A DNA stretch of 57,237 nt, filler included, from Catajapyx aquilonaris (taxonomy: Eukaryota): the NCBI GenBank assembly GCA_000934665.2. It is 3 parts of 3 records of this genome, joined end to end, with 100 filler letters (N's around TTAATTAATTAA, not from the genome) between each part and the next. Parts side by side here need not be neighbours in the genome. Positions count along the whole stretch, not along the records: positions 19,107 to 38,147 come from KZ539556.1; positions 38,248 to 57,237 come from JYFJ02006553.1; 1 more part is not named here. One strand, given 5' to 3'. Shown here piece by piece: positions 36,771 to 49,757 of the stretch (the stretch's first letter is position 1; the number at the start of each line of letters is the position of its first letter). A model generated the notes under the pieces. That model was not told where the DNA came from. It saw only the letters and a program-made list of their open reading frames with translations, and did not search any database. A program made the position numbers and the translations under genes.

Positions 36771-38147
36771 AACAATATGGTATACGTGATATGATCAATT
36801 TTGTGGTGCAGTGTGTTTTTGCAAACAGTTCACTACAGGCAACACTTTATGAAACTGATAATTGTGCAACAACAGTTGTGCTTTGCAATGCCCCATTTTC
36901 ATAAATATCCCTTTGTGCAATCATCAAGACAATTAATCTACAGTTTTAGGCCAATAAAATGGATGCCTAGAGTAGTGAAAAAGGAACTGTTCCAATGGCA
37001 ACTTAGCAACTGGCTGCTCTGCCTTTCATGACGGGCCATAATTGAGTATGCAAGAAGAGAAGTGACCCAACTCCACTAAAATGACAAATGCATTTTATGA
37101 TCGATCTGTAATCTGTATCTATCTGTAAGCATGGCTGTAAGTACCACCACAAGAAATGCTATGAACCCCTGGAGTAGTTGGGTTACTCTACATCTTGTTC
37201 TTTCGCATTATTTTGTTAGAGGAGACCCTTGCCTTTTATTCACAGTATTTTCTTCCCCAGATGGTGATGATGTGACATCTGATGAGGAAAATATGTGATT
37301 GTTGTATCAATGATCCCGAACCAATAATGTACAGGTGTGAAAAAAAGGCCATTTCTGTCAACAATGCTGGCAAGACGAGCAATGACCCAACTCGATTGCC
37401 TACAAACATTTTATACACCCTATGTAACACATTTTATGCAGACCAAATATTATATGATCTCTAACATGCATGTAGTATTTGCAAAAAAATTTACAAGCAT
37501 ATATTCCAAATATTATGGTCCCTGCATGGTTTTCTCCTGAAAAATTTGATTCACTGGAGTTGGGTCACTTCTCTTCTTGCCTACTCAATGAAATAGTTGT
37601 CATAAATAATTTGGCCTTTGAGAATACAATAAATGTTGCTTTTACACCCTGTGACTTCAATGACTCGATGAAAAAAAAAAGGCTTATTGGAAGCATAAAT
37701 TACATCAGAAAGAGGTTGTCCGAGAGTTCCTAGTGATTCCACTGGTCACAGATGACCTGTCACGTCCTAATTAACATAAGGTAAGCACCCTACTGAGAAG
37801 CTAAGAGCTTCATTGGCCATGGTGCAACTTACTTCTCACCTACCCTAAATCACTGTGCTAAATTGCAGGGCAAAGTGGCAACTTGCATTGCTGGGATGGT
37901 GGCCATTTCAGTAAAGGTCGCAAGTGGAAGATTGCACTCGCCCACCCACATTGCAACTTGTGCAGGGCTCCCACTTTCCCTATCCTAGTGACCAATGTAC
38001 AACTCTAAAAAGAGGATGTCACCCACCATTGCCATAAAATATTATAGGGTGAAGTGGGGGAAGTGCACACCCGGGGTAAGTGCACATATTGTGCCGCCAT
38101 ATTGGAATGAAAATGGCTGACGACACCAAAACGCGTCAGCTATGTAG

Positions 38148-38247
38148 NNNNNNNNNNNNNNNNNNNNNNNNNNNNNNNNNNNNNNNNNNNNTTAATTAAT
38201 TAANNNNNNNNNNNNNNNNNNNNNNNNNNNNNNNNNNNNNNNNNNNN
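38148..38247. other. Artificial contig-join spacer
   Basis: 44 N + TTAATTAATTAA + 44 N. Confidence 0.95.
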
Positions 38248-38792
38248 TGTCGTTCATTCTCCATAACAAACTAGCGACCCTGTCGGTACAACTCGTGCTA
38301 CCAATAGCGTATACCAAGATGGCCGCAATATGGAGATGTTCACGATCCAGTTCACATCATGGCGACCTTCAGTCAGCGCCACGGCGGGATTGAGTAACGG
38401 ATCGCAAGATGGCGGGGAGTTTCCCGACCTATCCTTCTAAGACCGTGGGTCTGGCTCCCTGATTCATGCCGCCATTTTGAATCTATGTCGGCTCGGAAGG
38501 ACGGAAACTGACCCGCAGCATCAGGTATTTGCTACCAATGGAGGTCAAAACGCTGGCTGAGAACACAAGATCAGGCTTGCATGGACCACCGTGGTCTTTC
38601 CTGCTCGGTACGCTCGATTATTATTAAGATCCCGCAATTGGATACAAGATGGCTGCCACATGCCAGACAGGGGGCTGCTCAAACACGATATCAGTCGTAA
38701 TGATCCTATCGTTTTTGACCCCCACATACGATGTTGCAACCCATCCTTTATGACAAGACTAAAATAATGAAGACGCAGCAGTATCTTTTAAC

Positions 38793-38793
<1 letters not shown>

Positions 38794-38876
<83 letters not shown>
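38794..38876. repeat. (AAT)n(AAC)n microsatellite
   Basis: Direct inspection. Confidence 0.95.
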
Positions 38877-38877
<1 letters not shown>

Positions 38878-39685
38878 ATTTTATTAACCTGCCCTGGGGC
38901 CTAAGCCGCATATAATATACAGTCCAATTTACTGTGACAGAACGAAAGTTTGGTACATACTGCACAATAAAACTGTACAATTACTGGTAGGCTATAAGCG
39001 AAATTCCGGAATATTGACTAAGATTGAGAACATGTTGTCGGGTGGATATTTCGGCAAGTTTTAAAAGGAAGATCTTTTTATGAAAAAATGAGCAACTGTA
39101 CATAACATTAAATAAATCAAAATTTGCGAATGAATTGCAAAGAGTCGATATAATAGCCCTAATATTATATTTCATTAACTCTTAACGACTTCCTTAAGGT
39201 AGCCTATATTAACAAAGTAAGTTTCACTGACCTATAACAGTGCTTCTTGTTGCATCTTATACTGTGTAGGTATAGTCTGTAACATAATTATTATAATTCC
39301 GTGCCTAGTAATCAGATAGACTGGCAGGCATATTGTATACCGAATTCGCACGGAAGAATCCGGTTCCGACAGTTTATCCTGGAGCCGCGAAAACAAAGGG
39401 TAAGTAGGGCGGGGAGGGGTGGGAGGGAAAGGGAGTTATTGATTGGTAGTAAATCAGCGAGATAATAGGAGGGTGGCTTCTCCGGTTGCCCGCATGGCAG
39501 CGCTGCTTCTCTTCTCCTGACTACCTTTAACCTTTTCTACCCTACATCTCCCGGAGTACCTGACACTCTAGTCCTTATATTCAGATCTCGCATCTCTTAT
39601 TGAGCAATTCATACAGAACAAAGTGAGATGAAACTTGGGTATGACCTTTTCTGACTGGATGTGACCTGTTTTTCTCTCTCCCCAG

Positions 39686-39768
39686 GCTCACTATTACCGC
39701 TTCCTGTCCCATGGACTTGCAATACTTCCCCATGGATCGACAGCTTTGCAATATTGAAATCGAAAGTT
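39686..39768 (+). CDS. Rdl: Rdl GABA-gated chloride channel, Cys-loop exon (insect exon 5 equivalent): [27 protein letters not shown]
   Basis: 83 nt, ctctctccccag acceptor, gtaagt donor, Cys-loop C-x13-C; not in the ORF track. Confidence 0.95.
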
Positions 39769-40312
39769 GTAAGTATTTGAAGTGTGTCAACTTCATTCAC
39801 GTTGTATAATTTTGTGGGGATATATTTGTGTGTGAATGAGGTGTGAGTGAGACACTTGTAATTCTGTATTCTCTCACTACTTGTACTTTACATACCTTTA
39901 AAAGAAATGTTTTATCAATAGCCCTGGGACTACCTTTGGTGAAATTTGACTCCGTCATACCAAGTGGTTGCACTTTTTCCTACACGCTTTGTAAATGTCA
40001 TTCAACTGCACTTTATGCTAAATTTAGTAATGACATTTTTCTTCCTGCATTGTGCATCGATTCTCAAACTCATTAACCCTTTGTTACTTTCTTCTGATTC
40101 TATACTACTTTAATTGTATTGAGTCTGTTGCTAGGAAAGAGGATCACGCTTGAAATACTGTAGATCTCTCCCGAAGGTCCTTTTGTGTGTAACAATATTG
40201 GTGGCAGTAGTTAATTGAGCTTCGGTTTCATCTATTATAGTTAAGTTTGGATCAAGCTTGCGGCAGTTACCTTATCTTCGCACACATCATCATAATCATG
40301 GCCTTAGAATAC

Positions 40313-40660
40313 TAAGGTCTGGTCACTACCTCTTATCGCCTGACGGGGCGTTTGGAGGGAGGTGCTCACTTGGGAGCGCCTTTCCGAATCTTTATACATA
40401 CGTGGCGACCCTACCGGACAGCGCTGAACTTAGGAAGAAGGGAATAAGCGTCGGTCAAAATTATTAAGAATACTCGTATGATCGCTTATGATCGTATGAG
40501 ATTCTTAATTTTGACCGACGCTTCCCTTCTTCCTAAGTTTAGCGCTGTCCGGTAGGGTCGCTACGTATGTATAGAAATTCGGAAAGGCTCTCTCAAGTTA
40601 GCACCTCCCGCAAAACGTCCCGTCAAGCGATAAGATCTGATGATAGGGGGAGTGTCCGGG
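40313..40660. mobile_element. Foldback element in the Rdl intron between exon 5 and exon 6a
   Basis: ~150-bp arms tcttatcgcctgacgggg..gcgtcggtcaaaatta / taattttgaccgacgc..cccgtcaagcgataaga. Confidence 0.85.
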
Positions 40661-41434
40661 GGCTGATCATAATCTACACGAAATATCTTGCAATATCTGA
40701 AAACCAGAGACAGTTGTCAGGGAACTAGATAGTGACGCCCTGTGAAATTGAAAAAAGTAATGTGACGAAGCTCGAGACATTTAGGCTAGTTCAAAATTAA
40801 CTCGCATTAAATACCTAAGCATCTAACTGGAAATTTACATGCAGTTAGAGCTTAATTTGATTTTTCAATTGGTGAAAACAGGCCCAAATCAAACGTAGCC
40901 TACGTTCCTGGATAATCACTCATGATCCTAATAATTCAGGTGACCTAATCGGCATTATTATTGAAGTATCATTTCCTTCTTCGTGGAACTGGTGGAATTC
41001 CTATTCCTTTAACCTCTGGTTTAATTCTTGGACTTACTATTCCTTTTGCACTTTTTTCACTTTGGTTGAGTTCTTTTGGAAGGCACACCCCGCGATCAAA
41101 GGCAGCTCAAGGTCTTAAGTCATCCTTTTTAGAGAGGAACTTGATGACACTACACCTGACAAAAAGATCGAGGCAGTCAATATTTACATCAGGGGTGGAG
41201 GATTTGTTTTCCATACACTGCTATTACGAATGAATCAGTGCAAAGTAAGGGAGAAAGGGGTGAAAGGGATACCCGATGATTTAATTTTGATTGTCTCTAT
41301 ATATTATTTCCGGCGTAGTATCATTAAAGGTTTGAGGCTTGCCTGCCTTTTCCATCCGGGAAGCGTCTCCTGAAAAGTATAGCCCTAGCAAAAAATAGCG
41401 TGAGTGATAACTTAGTTCATATTTCTCTCCTCAG

Positions 41435-41572
41435 TTGGATACACAATGCGGGATATACGATACAAATGGCGCGATGGACCAAAATCAGTGGGTATCTCAT
41501 CGGAAGTAGAGCTTCCTCAATTTCGGGTCCTTGGGTACAGACAGAGAGCAAGAGAAATTAACCTGACAACAG
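41435..41572 (+). CDS. Rdl: Rdl alternative exon 6, first copy (6a): [47 protein letters not shown]
   Basis: 138 nt, phase 1-1, ttctctcctcag acceptor, gtagag donor. Confidence 0.93.
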
Positions 41573-41808
41573 GTAGAGTGGTTTGAAGAAGCGAGAGCAA
41601 AATACTCGAAAAAATCTATCTATATACATAGCCTATATATTATATGAGAGTTTCTGTTGGTGTGACGAAGGCAGCAGCACGGAACAAAGGTGAAACAAAG
41701 GGCACCATCGATGCTGCTGCCTTTGCGTATATAATTATGCTGCGCGTTTGGGTGTGTCTGTTGCGTGTTTTCTCACGATGACCACAGTTTGCCCCCTTCT
41801 TTCCTCAG

Positions 41809-41946
41809 TTGGGTACACAATGCGGGACATCCGGTATAAGTGGAGAGATGGTCCGGGATCCGTGGGTGTGGCACAAGACGTGTCTCTGCCACAGTTTAAA
41901 GTTCTGGGGCACCGCCAAAGGACACATGAAATAAGTCTCTCAACAG
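41809..41946 (+). CDS. Rdl: Rdl alternative exon 6, second copy (6b): [47 protein letters not shown]
   Basis: 138 nt, phase 1-1, cttctttcctcag acceptor, gtatcc donor; lies inside ORF 41748-42230. Confidence 0.93.
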
Positions 41947-44900
41947 GTATCCAAGCCCAGCTCAGAGGAAGAATGATGCTTCTTCAGAAAAGAGACCGTT
42001 ACATTTTATATATCCCCCCTCGCCCTCCCAGTAACCAGGGCATGGATTGTTCTCTAGAAAGCGCATGTCAGATGTCCCTTATTCCCACATGTCCTCTCCC
42101 CGGGTCGGGAATCGAACCACATATCCTCTCAGGGGAAAACCCACCACAACTCGTTCTGACCGAGAGTTTTGCTCCCCCGAAGCCAAAAACGAGGACTTGG
42201 CCCCTCCCTTTTTTCAAGTACGTGTTATGATTTGCCTGCAATGTTGTAAATGGGTCCATGGATGACTTGGAAGTCGGTCCATGAATCTCAAGCCATGCAG
42301 TAGTAGATCAGTAGGCAGATATTTTGATCCTATACCCTTTCAAAAATGGTCCTTCGTGTCTGTAGTCTGTTAGTTGTTTTTCAATATTGTTTCGTTACTT
42401 GTTACTCAAAATGTTAATGAGTCGTGAGGAGCAAACCAGACGGTCCTGTTGTCACTCTGTCCCACGTGTGATAGTTTGAGACAGCACTGCCCCTTCATGG
42501 TAAGGCCACAAAAGAGGCTTCCGCTTACGTCACTCGACACATTATTTCTTTCCCACTTTCCAAGAAGGGACACTGACCGATTGTATTCTCGCCATGGGGG
42601 TTGTTTCAGCCAGGGACACTTTCTTTCTGGGTCTCATTACTACTTACTCAGTTATGCATAAACAATCATGGGCATTTTTCCCGTGACAGTAACGCTTGGG
42701 TAATAAGCGCGATAGCTCAGGTGTGGACGGAATATATTCGGACTAACACTGCCTATTTGGACAGGTCAACTCGCATCAAATAATAATCAGCTCTCAAACG
42801 ATGATTCATCATTTTAAGAATAATGCCATTTTAGGACCAAAATCACATTATGACAATTAATTTTTTCGTGAAAATTTTCGTATGTAAACTCTCTCTCTGA
42901 AAATAATGTGCTTGAGACACTTGGGTGACTTGTAATGTTATTAAGCATATACATGAGCAATATGTTATGATTGGGCAAGGTGTAGGCGTGTATTTTAAAG
43001 AAATGCATTTGTGACAATATAATATAGACATCATCATCATCGAAGTCTGAAAGTATACAGTTTGCAGATTCCACAATGTTTTTGTAATAATATATTCGAC
43101 TAATAACACTTAAATGTTTGGAATCCAGTGATCATTCATATTATTACCCTAAGCGTTTCTCAAATGACTGTCATACAGAATTAGAGAACATTTCTACATT
43201 CTGAGAATAGTACTTTTAACATGGCCAATCTGATTGCACCTATACATATAAGTTATACAGATATATGAAGATTATATAGTATACGAGACTATTTCAACTT
43301 GTTCCTCGGCGAATGCCCTTGTCCAAACCAAAACATGCTCTAACAATATCGAGTTGGCAAGTAGGTCGAAGCAAGTCTTTGCCACTCCGCCCTCGAGCAA
43401 CTGTGGTGGACTAACCCGATCAGTCATATAAAAATTATGTTGTTTTTGTGTGAGGAAAACTCACGCGCGCAGAGGAATATATATGTTACCGTGTCCAACT
43501 TTGAGTACTCCTATCAAGAGGTGCTTGTCATTTCCTTTTCCGCTGCACAGTGTTTTTCCCCCAGCCAACTCCCAAGAAAAGGTGGTTTTCTTGATGCACA
43601 ACTTCCAACTACATTTCCCCCCCCCCCCCTTTCATCTCTTCCCTGGTTTCAACAGCTCGTAACCACGACGACGTCCTTTGATCGTCGCTTAGGAGCCGTT
43701 TCTTTAATGCCCTCTCTCTGGCTCGGATTTACTAACTTTGCACCAATGTTCAAAAGCTCATTTTGAGACTTCGTAACATTTTGTCTTAGCGCACCTCTTT
43801 TGAATTAAATTCCAGCCCGCTATACAATACTTGCGGTAGATATATACTTTGAAATGTCCAGACTGTGCTTCAAAATAATTTTCCACACGAATTTGTTAGT
43901 GAGTTTTCAGCTATTACGTATTATGACAACTCATTGAAATTATCACGCCATTTGCATGTCAGCAGTATAGGTTAATAATGCCCAGTGACTATACAGGATA
44001 GTTATTATTCTTGTTAAACAGTCATTTGAATCTTTTACCATTCTAATACCGTACAGGCATACTTTATGGTGATGTGGCCGTAAGTATGAGACAGAGTAAT
44101 GCTTCAAATATTTACTGCATTTGGGCCAAAATTGTGGCCGTCATGTAGCTATGGTCTCTCTACAAAAGGAGCATTGCCTATGTGAAGAATTCTCCTAGTT
44201 TGGACATCCTTACAGCAACTTAGGTCCACTAGCAGAGCAACTATAGTAGTGTTCTAGAGAGCCATCCAAGAGTATATTGCAATTGCAATGCACATGAACG
44301 GTCTAAGAAGGCAGAGTTAGTGAATTCTTAAAGAAGCGTATCTTGGTTTGCTGGGGTCCTTTTTGCTCCCACCACTGTAAGCGGAAGCACTCGGATTTTG
44401 CATTTCTCCGATCACTCACTCACTCACTCACTCACTCACAAAACTCGATAACTCACTCACACACTCCAAGCTTCAGGCGGTCGTGGAAAAAGTCAAGTGG
44501 CTGGCTGGCACCTTCTCTACATTCAGTTGTGTACGGTCTGTGTCTTTTGCTGCCGCTTTTTTGTCTCACGCATGAGTGCATTCTTGCCCGGATTTGTGGC
44601 CCGGATTTATTCATCACCGCTTTCTTCCCCCTCGCTGCCTCTGTTGTGGCTTGCCCAGCATGTAACGACACATTGTTTCTAACGCGCATTATTTTCTCTT
44701 AAATCAATCAGTAAATAAACACTGTCAGCTTATGACAGCAACAATCGAATATATAAACGTGGATCGATGGATCTTTTAATATTGCGACTGAATTATAAGT
44801 CATAAAATTTATAGTTTGCTTGCATTACACTAAAATGGTAGCAATGTGCTTTCTGCCCATGAACGCCAAGTGACTGCGCTCATTTTCTGCTTGGCACATT

Positions 44901-45126
44901 TCTCTATTATTATTTTTAAATCTCCGTATTCCCCCAGCCCACCTTCTATTGCCAGTGTTGGCAAGAGATTACTCCAGTAACATACCTGTGTGATAATAAA
45001 ACCTAATCGACGTCACATCATGATAATTATGTGCCAACATTCCAGTGATTGGCCCTTTCAAAAGTATGCTTAGTGTGCCAGGGCATATAGTAACTTCTGG
45101 AACACTGCTTTCGAGATACACATCAG

Positions 45127-45738
45127 AAAGAACGGATTTTTAGGTTCTACAAAACCCTCAAATAGGTAGTCACGTAGGTCCTGAAAATATTCAAAATAGG
45201 CTCTTAAATATGCAGTAAAAATCAAGCTGGTCCTAATTTATTATCATTCCTATGCAGCCGACTCTTGGCCATGGAATCTTGCAGCACAGTATAGCAAACT
45301 TGCAGTTGTTCTATATTTTCGTTGGTTAGTCGGCGACGTGACGCTTGTCTGACAGTACATCTTTATACGATGAAAATGACCTTTCGACGTAGTACGAAGT
45401 AACTGAATCATACTTGAAAAGTGAAATGTTTTTACAGCCACTTCATCCGGCATGACTACAGCTTCTTGGCCCTTCACAGGTTGAAGCGGGACGAATGCGG
45501 TGAGCGGAAAACCCGCAAAACTCTCGAAAATCTTACAGAACGGCGTCAAAAAGGTGGAAATAGGTGATAATAGGTGATAATAGGCCATTTAGATTCCAAC
45601 GCCCGAAATAGACAATTTTAGATTCTATAAAACTATACAATTTTGAGGTTCTTGTGTTATTAAACGGAGACATAGTTTGGTTCCGGTGTTCTGCCTACAA
45701 AATAAAAAGTAGGTAAAAACCTATAAATCCGTTCTCTA
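45127..45738. mobile_element. hAT-type MITE in the Rdl intron before exon 7
   Basis: TIR agaacggatttttagg / cctataaatccgttct; imperfect 8-bp TSD cacatcag / cacattag; ataggc-type subterminal repeats. Confidence 0.65.
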
Positions 45739-45857
45739 CACATTAGAATGCTATATCAAGTCGGAAGTGTCATTTATTTATTAGGTAATGAAGTGAACGA
45801 GTACTCTCCTGTTGACACTATTTCTGATTGTCAAGGCCTGAAATTTGGGAAATGTAA

Positions 45858-46621
<764 letters not shown>

Positions 46622-46696
46622 TATATAAACAAAATGAGTCATTTATGGAAGATAAACATGAGTCATTCATGTCACATATTTGTTGCATTGATACAG

Positions 46697-46839
46697 AATA
46701 TGCCACGGTGGGCTACTTGGCGAAAAGGATCCAGATGCGCAAGAACCGGTTTATGGCCATCCAGAAGCTGGCCCAGGAAAAGAAAGGCCTGGATCTTCCC
46801 CACCCAGCTGGCGACGGAGACCATGCTCCTAAACAAACA
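46697..46839 (+). CDS. Rdl: Rdl exon 8 (end of M3, start of intracellular loop): [19 protein letters not shown]...HAPKQT
   Basis: 143 nt, atacag acceptor, gtgagt donor, phase 1-0. Confidence 0.95.
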
Positions 46840-48070
46840 GTGAGTTGTAAATCAATCCATTTCTTGTTGTACAAACCCCCAATCTCTATATGTGCCAAAG
46901 GGCAGATCAGAGATGATCCACATTTTATCTCCTCCCAAGTGATGCGATCAAAATTTGGTTTGCTTCCCAGCACAAAACATCTCTATCTTTCTCTCTCTAT
47001 CTATCTCTGTCTCTCTCTCTCTCTCTTTCTGAGCATTGTCCTTCTGAGTTCCCTTACAGTAGGCCCATTTGTAGTCAAATTATGTTTCTGTGATGTGTGG
47101 GATTCCGGAGAAGAGAATTGGGATTCCACCTGGGAAACCACAGGTGAAACTCCAGTCCTCCGGAATAAGAAGTTTTCTGCATGTTTGGTGTCAGTTCTTC
47201 TCGTTTTCTGGTTCCTCCCAATTATACTACCCTTATACCCAGTGACGCCGTGTCTCAAATCATGATTCAGTCATGTGACAGATTCCGACAGAAATTCCCA
47301 CCGTGTTAAAATAGTGACTATTTCGCAGAATATCTGGTTACAGTAAGACAAATTGTTCGTCATCATGGATGACTACGTAAATGTAGGCATAAAGACATGT
47401 TTCAAATTACATTACTGCGAAAACTGGTTCTTTGAGGTCGGCAATAATACTACCTAGAGGTATCAGTACAGTATTAGGGTTGGGAACACCGAACTCAATA
47501 AACAAATCAGGCCTGATTTCCCTGATTATTATTAATTGTTGACAACATTCACCAACAATTAGGCGAATAACGGTATTTGCAGTGAAATCTTGTATAATGG
47601 CAGGTTTCACCGAGCTCATCAGTATAATTATTATATAAATCCGAGTTTCATTTCGAAAGATCCTCAGTTTTCATTGTTGACAACAATGGTTGCTATGGCA
47701 ATTCTTGTCATGACCGAGTTCTAAGTTATGCTGAGCTCGGTGAAACTGGCCCTAATTTGTTTTACGAGTTCGGTGCTCCTCGCCCTTACTGAGTATACAA
47801 AACTGATGGTCATATTCAGATTCACATTAACCATAGCGCTTTAAAATGCATACTTTGTAAAAGAGTCGAAAATGTAATGTGATACTTCTGCAATGTAAAA
47901 AAAAAGAAAGCAGCGCGGATTAAAATTTACCTGACTTCGAATATCATTTCTTGTCGTGCGCAATGCAAAATCTCGTAAATACACGTTTTAATGAAAATAT
48001 TTTTTGACGTAGTTCCCTGAATTTAAATCATCCTCGCCATAAGGCAAAACCTCGTTTAATATCAATAGAC

Positions 48071-48272
48071 CAATCGTTCTCAAAATGCGGTCCACGGACC
48101 ATTAGTGGGTCGCGAGGGCTTCCAGGTGTGCCGCGAAGAAATCATATTCTTTCACAGACTAATGACAATGTGCTTAATGGAGATATTGCTATGGGACAAA
48201 AGTGGACCGCGGGATCTTTGGCCCTCTCCATTAGATGGGCCACCACCAAAATAGGCTATCTGAGAACCACTC
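48071..48272. mobile_element. hAT (Charlie-like) MITE
   Basis: 8-bp TSD caatagac (48063-48070, 48273-48280); ends caatcgttctca / tgagaaccactc. Confidence 0.7.
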
Positions 48273-48931
48273 CAATAGACAAAGGACAATCTTTTTGTCT
48301 TTCTGACATGTAAAAATTTCGTCCCTCTTGTCATACATGTTTTGATGCTGCTTCATTTTTAATTGTCACTAAAGATCCTTGATCAAATTACACGATCATT
48401 AATCACGATGACGATGCTCTCATGGGCGTAATCGATAGCACGACAATACCGCAACTATGTTTATTCCCAGAGTGTGGAATGCGAAAGAGGTTTTGCAAGA
48501 GATCATCCTCATTTAAAAAAATAACCTGTTAAAGCGGAGTGTCGCTAAAATACAGTATATTTTCACTCCTGCGAGATATGCATTGCGCATGGCGTCTTAC
48601 GTATTCAAGTCACTCAGTTCACCTTCTCTCCTGAAGAAGTCTGGGAGTTCTTTGACTGTCGTGAAAATGTCTGACACGAAGATTTCATCCGCTCTATAAT
48701 AATAGAAAAGTAGCCTACCTAATCCTGTATGATAAATGAATGCAATATTTGTCCATTTGAAATCATGATTTGAATAGGCTTGGGAAGGCGCAGTTTGGGT
48801 ATACGTACAGTATGTGTGCATAAGCATAGGTGTGGTTGCGTGTGAGAATGTGTATGCGTGTGATAGTGCGTGTGTGGGAATGGATGTGGGCGGGTTGAGG
48901 AGGCTGAGGCTGAGGTTTCGCTGCCCCTTAG

Positions 48932-49051
48932 GACCGGCCCAAAGGATGGGGAAGCGCCGGCAGCGCCACCACCTTGCCACCTTTCCGCGTGCCCGTTAGA
49001 GAGAACGCGGAGAGAAGCCTCTGGTCTCGCCCTAACGTTGGCCAGCAGCAA
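48932..49051 (+). CDS. Rdl: Candidate Rdl intracellular-loop cassette exon (40 aa): DRPKGWGSAGSATTLPPFRVPVRENAERSLWSRPNVGQQQ
   Basis: 120 nt, phase 0-0, no stop, acceptor gctgaggtttcgctgccccttag, donor CAA|gtgagt; GC-rich island in an AT-rich intron. Confidence 0.7.
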
Positions 49052-49676
49052 GTGAGTCTCCAGATGACATCCAAGAATGGTCCCTCACCACCCACCCACC
49101 CACCACCCACCCACCTACCCACCCACCGAACCAGCAGTCCCCCTAACCCTTTCAGGGGGTCTGCCAGTTATAGAATCGTGACAAGTCGGATAAGGGGATC
49201 AGGACTTTTCTTGGCCCAGCTCAGTTGGATATTATGCACTACGCAGCCGCTAAATGCGATGCAGGAGCAGATCCACAGTTAGATACAGTAAGGTTGCACA
49301 TTCTGAGCCTAAGACTCCTGGTCTCTTTTAAGTGCTAGTTTCGAATGAAAGTTCCACAGCATGGCAGGATATAGCTTGAGATGATTCCATTCTGAGCCTC
49401 TTTGCTGGCTACAAGTGTCTTTTCACTTTGCCTTATTTCTCAAGCACCATGTTCGTCTTAGGACGCAGTGTAACTCGCTGCGTGTACACTTCTCTGCTCT
49501 CAACTTTTACCCTCCATCTTGCTCCTTTCTGTGTGTAAACTTTAACAACAAAAATGTTGCTCTCATTGCGGGAGGCGATAGTCTGTTGTGTAACTCATCT
49601 CTGATCTCTCAGTAGCCTAAACTGTACATTGAATAGTCAGTAGCCGTAGTCTAGAGACATCACCACACGTTGCATC

Positions 49677-49678
<2 letters not shown>

Positions 49679-49755
<77 letters not shown>
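49679..49755. repeat. (TA)n microsatellite
   Basis: Direct inspection. Confidence 0.97.

Positions 49756-49757
<2 letters not shown>

Noticed and set aside
37230..37740. Coding-like stretch with a possible acceptor at 37260
   Set aside because: Short ORFs in shifting frames with no recognisable motif; not supportable as a gene.
29490..39686. Ig-domain gene as a nested or functionally linked Rdl partner (basigin/neuroplastin-like idea)
   Set aside because: An artificial linker at 38148-38247 separates them, and the TM lacks the conserved Glu of the basigin family.
41947..42230. ORF read-through beyond exon 6b (and beyond exon 8 to 47265)
   Set aside because: Canonical donors at 41947 and 46840; downstream translation has no Rdl similarity and includes simple repeats.
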